A stretch of DNA of 49,502 nucleotides from a virus: IMG/VR virus record IMGVR_UViG_3300042273_000055. One strand, written 5' to 3'. A program made the position numbers and the translations under genes. This document shows, piece by piece, positions 49,368 through 49,502 of the stretch. Under the pieces are notes generated by a model that saw nothing but the letters and a program-made list of their open reading frames with translations, made no database searches and had not been told where the DNA came from. Numbering within the stretch: the stretch's first letter is position 1; the number at the start of each line of letters is the position of its first letter.

Positions 49368-49502
49368 GCACCTCAATCGGAACCGGCCGCCTGCACGAGG
49401 GCGGCCTTGACTGCCGGAATCTCTGCGAAATCTGCGGTACCAGCCGCACCACTCGCCGGCACCAAGCCTGCGCGCAGATCCGCAAGGCCATCTACTCCGC
49501 GC
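49364..49502 (+). CDS. 5' part of the junction-spanning gene, which continues at 1-282
   Basis: The ATG at 49364 overlaps the loader's TGA. The frame continues through the 127-bp overlap. Confidence 0.6.
   Translation, partial: MSTSIGTGRLHEGGLDCRNLCEICGTSRTTRRHQACAQIRKAIYSA

Noticed and set aside
1-49502. CRISPR arrays, rRNA genes, insertion sequences or transposases
   Set aside because: I saw no repeat-spacer periodicity, no rRNA-like segments, and no transposase motifs or terminal inverted repeats. The only recombinase is the tyrosine integrase.

Overview
The window is a complete, circularly closed genome of about 49.4 kb from a temperate lambdoid siphovirus. Positions 1-127 repeat exactly at 49376-49502, so the unique length is 49,375 bp. 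GC is high by eye, and real genes have strongly GC-rich third codon positions. The attP core matches the 3' end of a tmRNA (ssrA) with a Pseudomonas-like T-arm; this match is from memory.

Layout on the + strand:
- The junction-spanning gene is followed by a nin-like region: TraR, NinB, an HNH/Ref-like protein, a RuvC-like resolvase and an HTH-phosphoesterase.
- A lower-GC three-gene cassette with its own promoter, operator and terminator (4.8-6.3 kb).
- A holin-type membrane module and an HslV-like Ntn peptidase.
- TerS, TerL, portal, MuF-like protein, scaffold and capsid.
- Connector genes, the major tail protein, the G/GT chaperones with a GGGAAAC -1 slippery site, and a BamE-like lipoprotein moron.
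- Tape measure, gpM/L/K/I/J homologues, a low-GC post-J block, the tail fibre, and then M15 endolysin with Rz and an embedded Rz1.
- attP.

On the - strand:
- int and xis, and a lambda-type phosphatase.
- A fused SNF2-helicase/DNA-methyltransferase.
- SSB, a YqaJ exonuclease and an ERF annealase.
- A chain of ATGA-coupled small genes.
- A 465-nt non-coding, structured spacer.
- PL/OL, an 8-copy heptamer repeat, and an S24-type repressor.

The rightward operon then runs cro, two RHH proteins, an HNH-AP2 endonuclease, an antirepressor, an O-like replication protein and a DnaC-like loader.

The items I consider most worth follow-up are:
- the autoregulated-looking ORFan cassette at 4791-6311;
- the non-coding structured spacer at 42988-43452;
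- the long hairpin-rich PL leader with no N-like gene;
- the (GGAATCA)x8 array;
- the HslV-like peptidase.

All functional calls come from reading motifs by eye. No database search was run.
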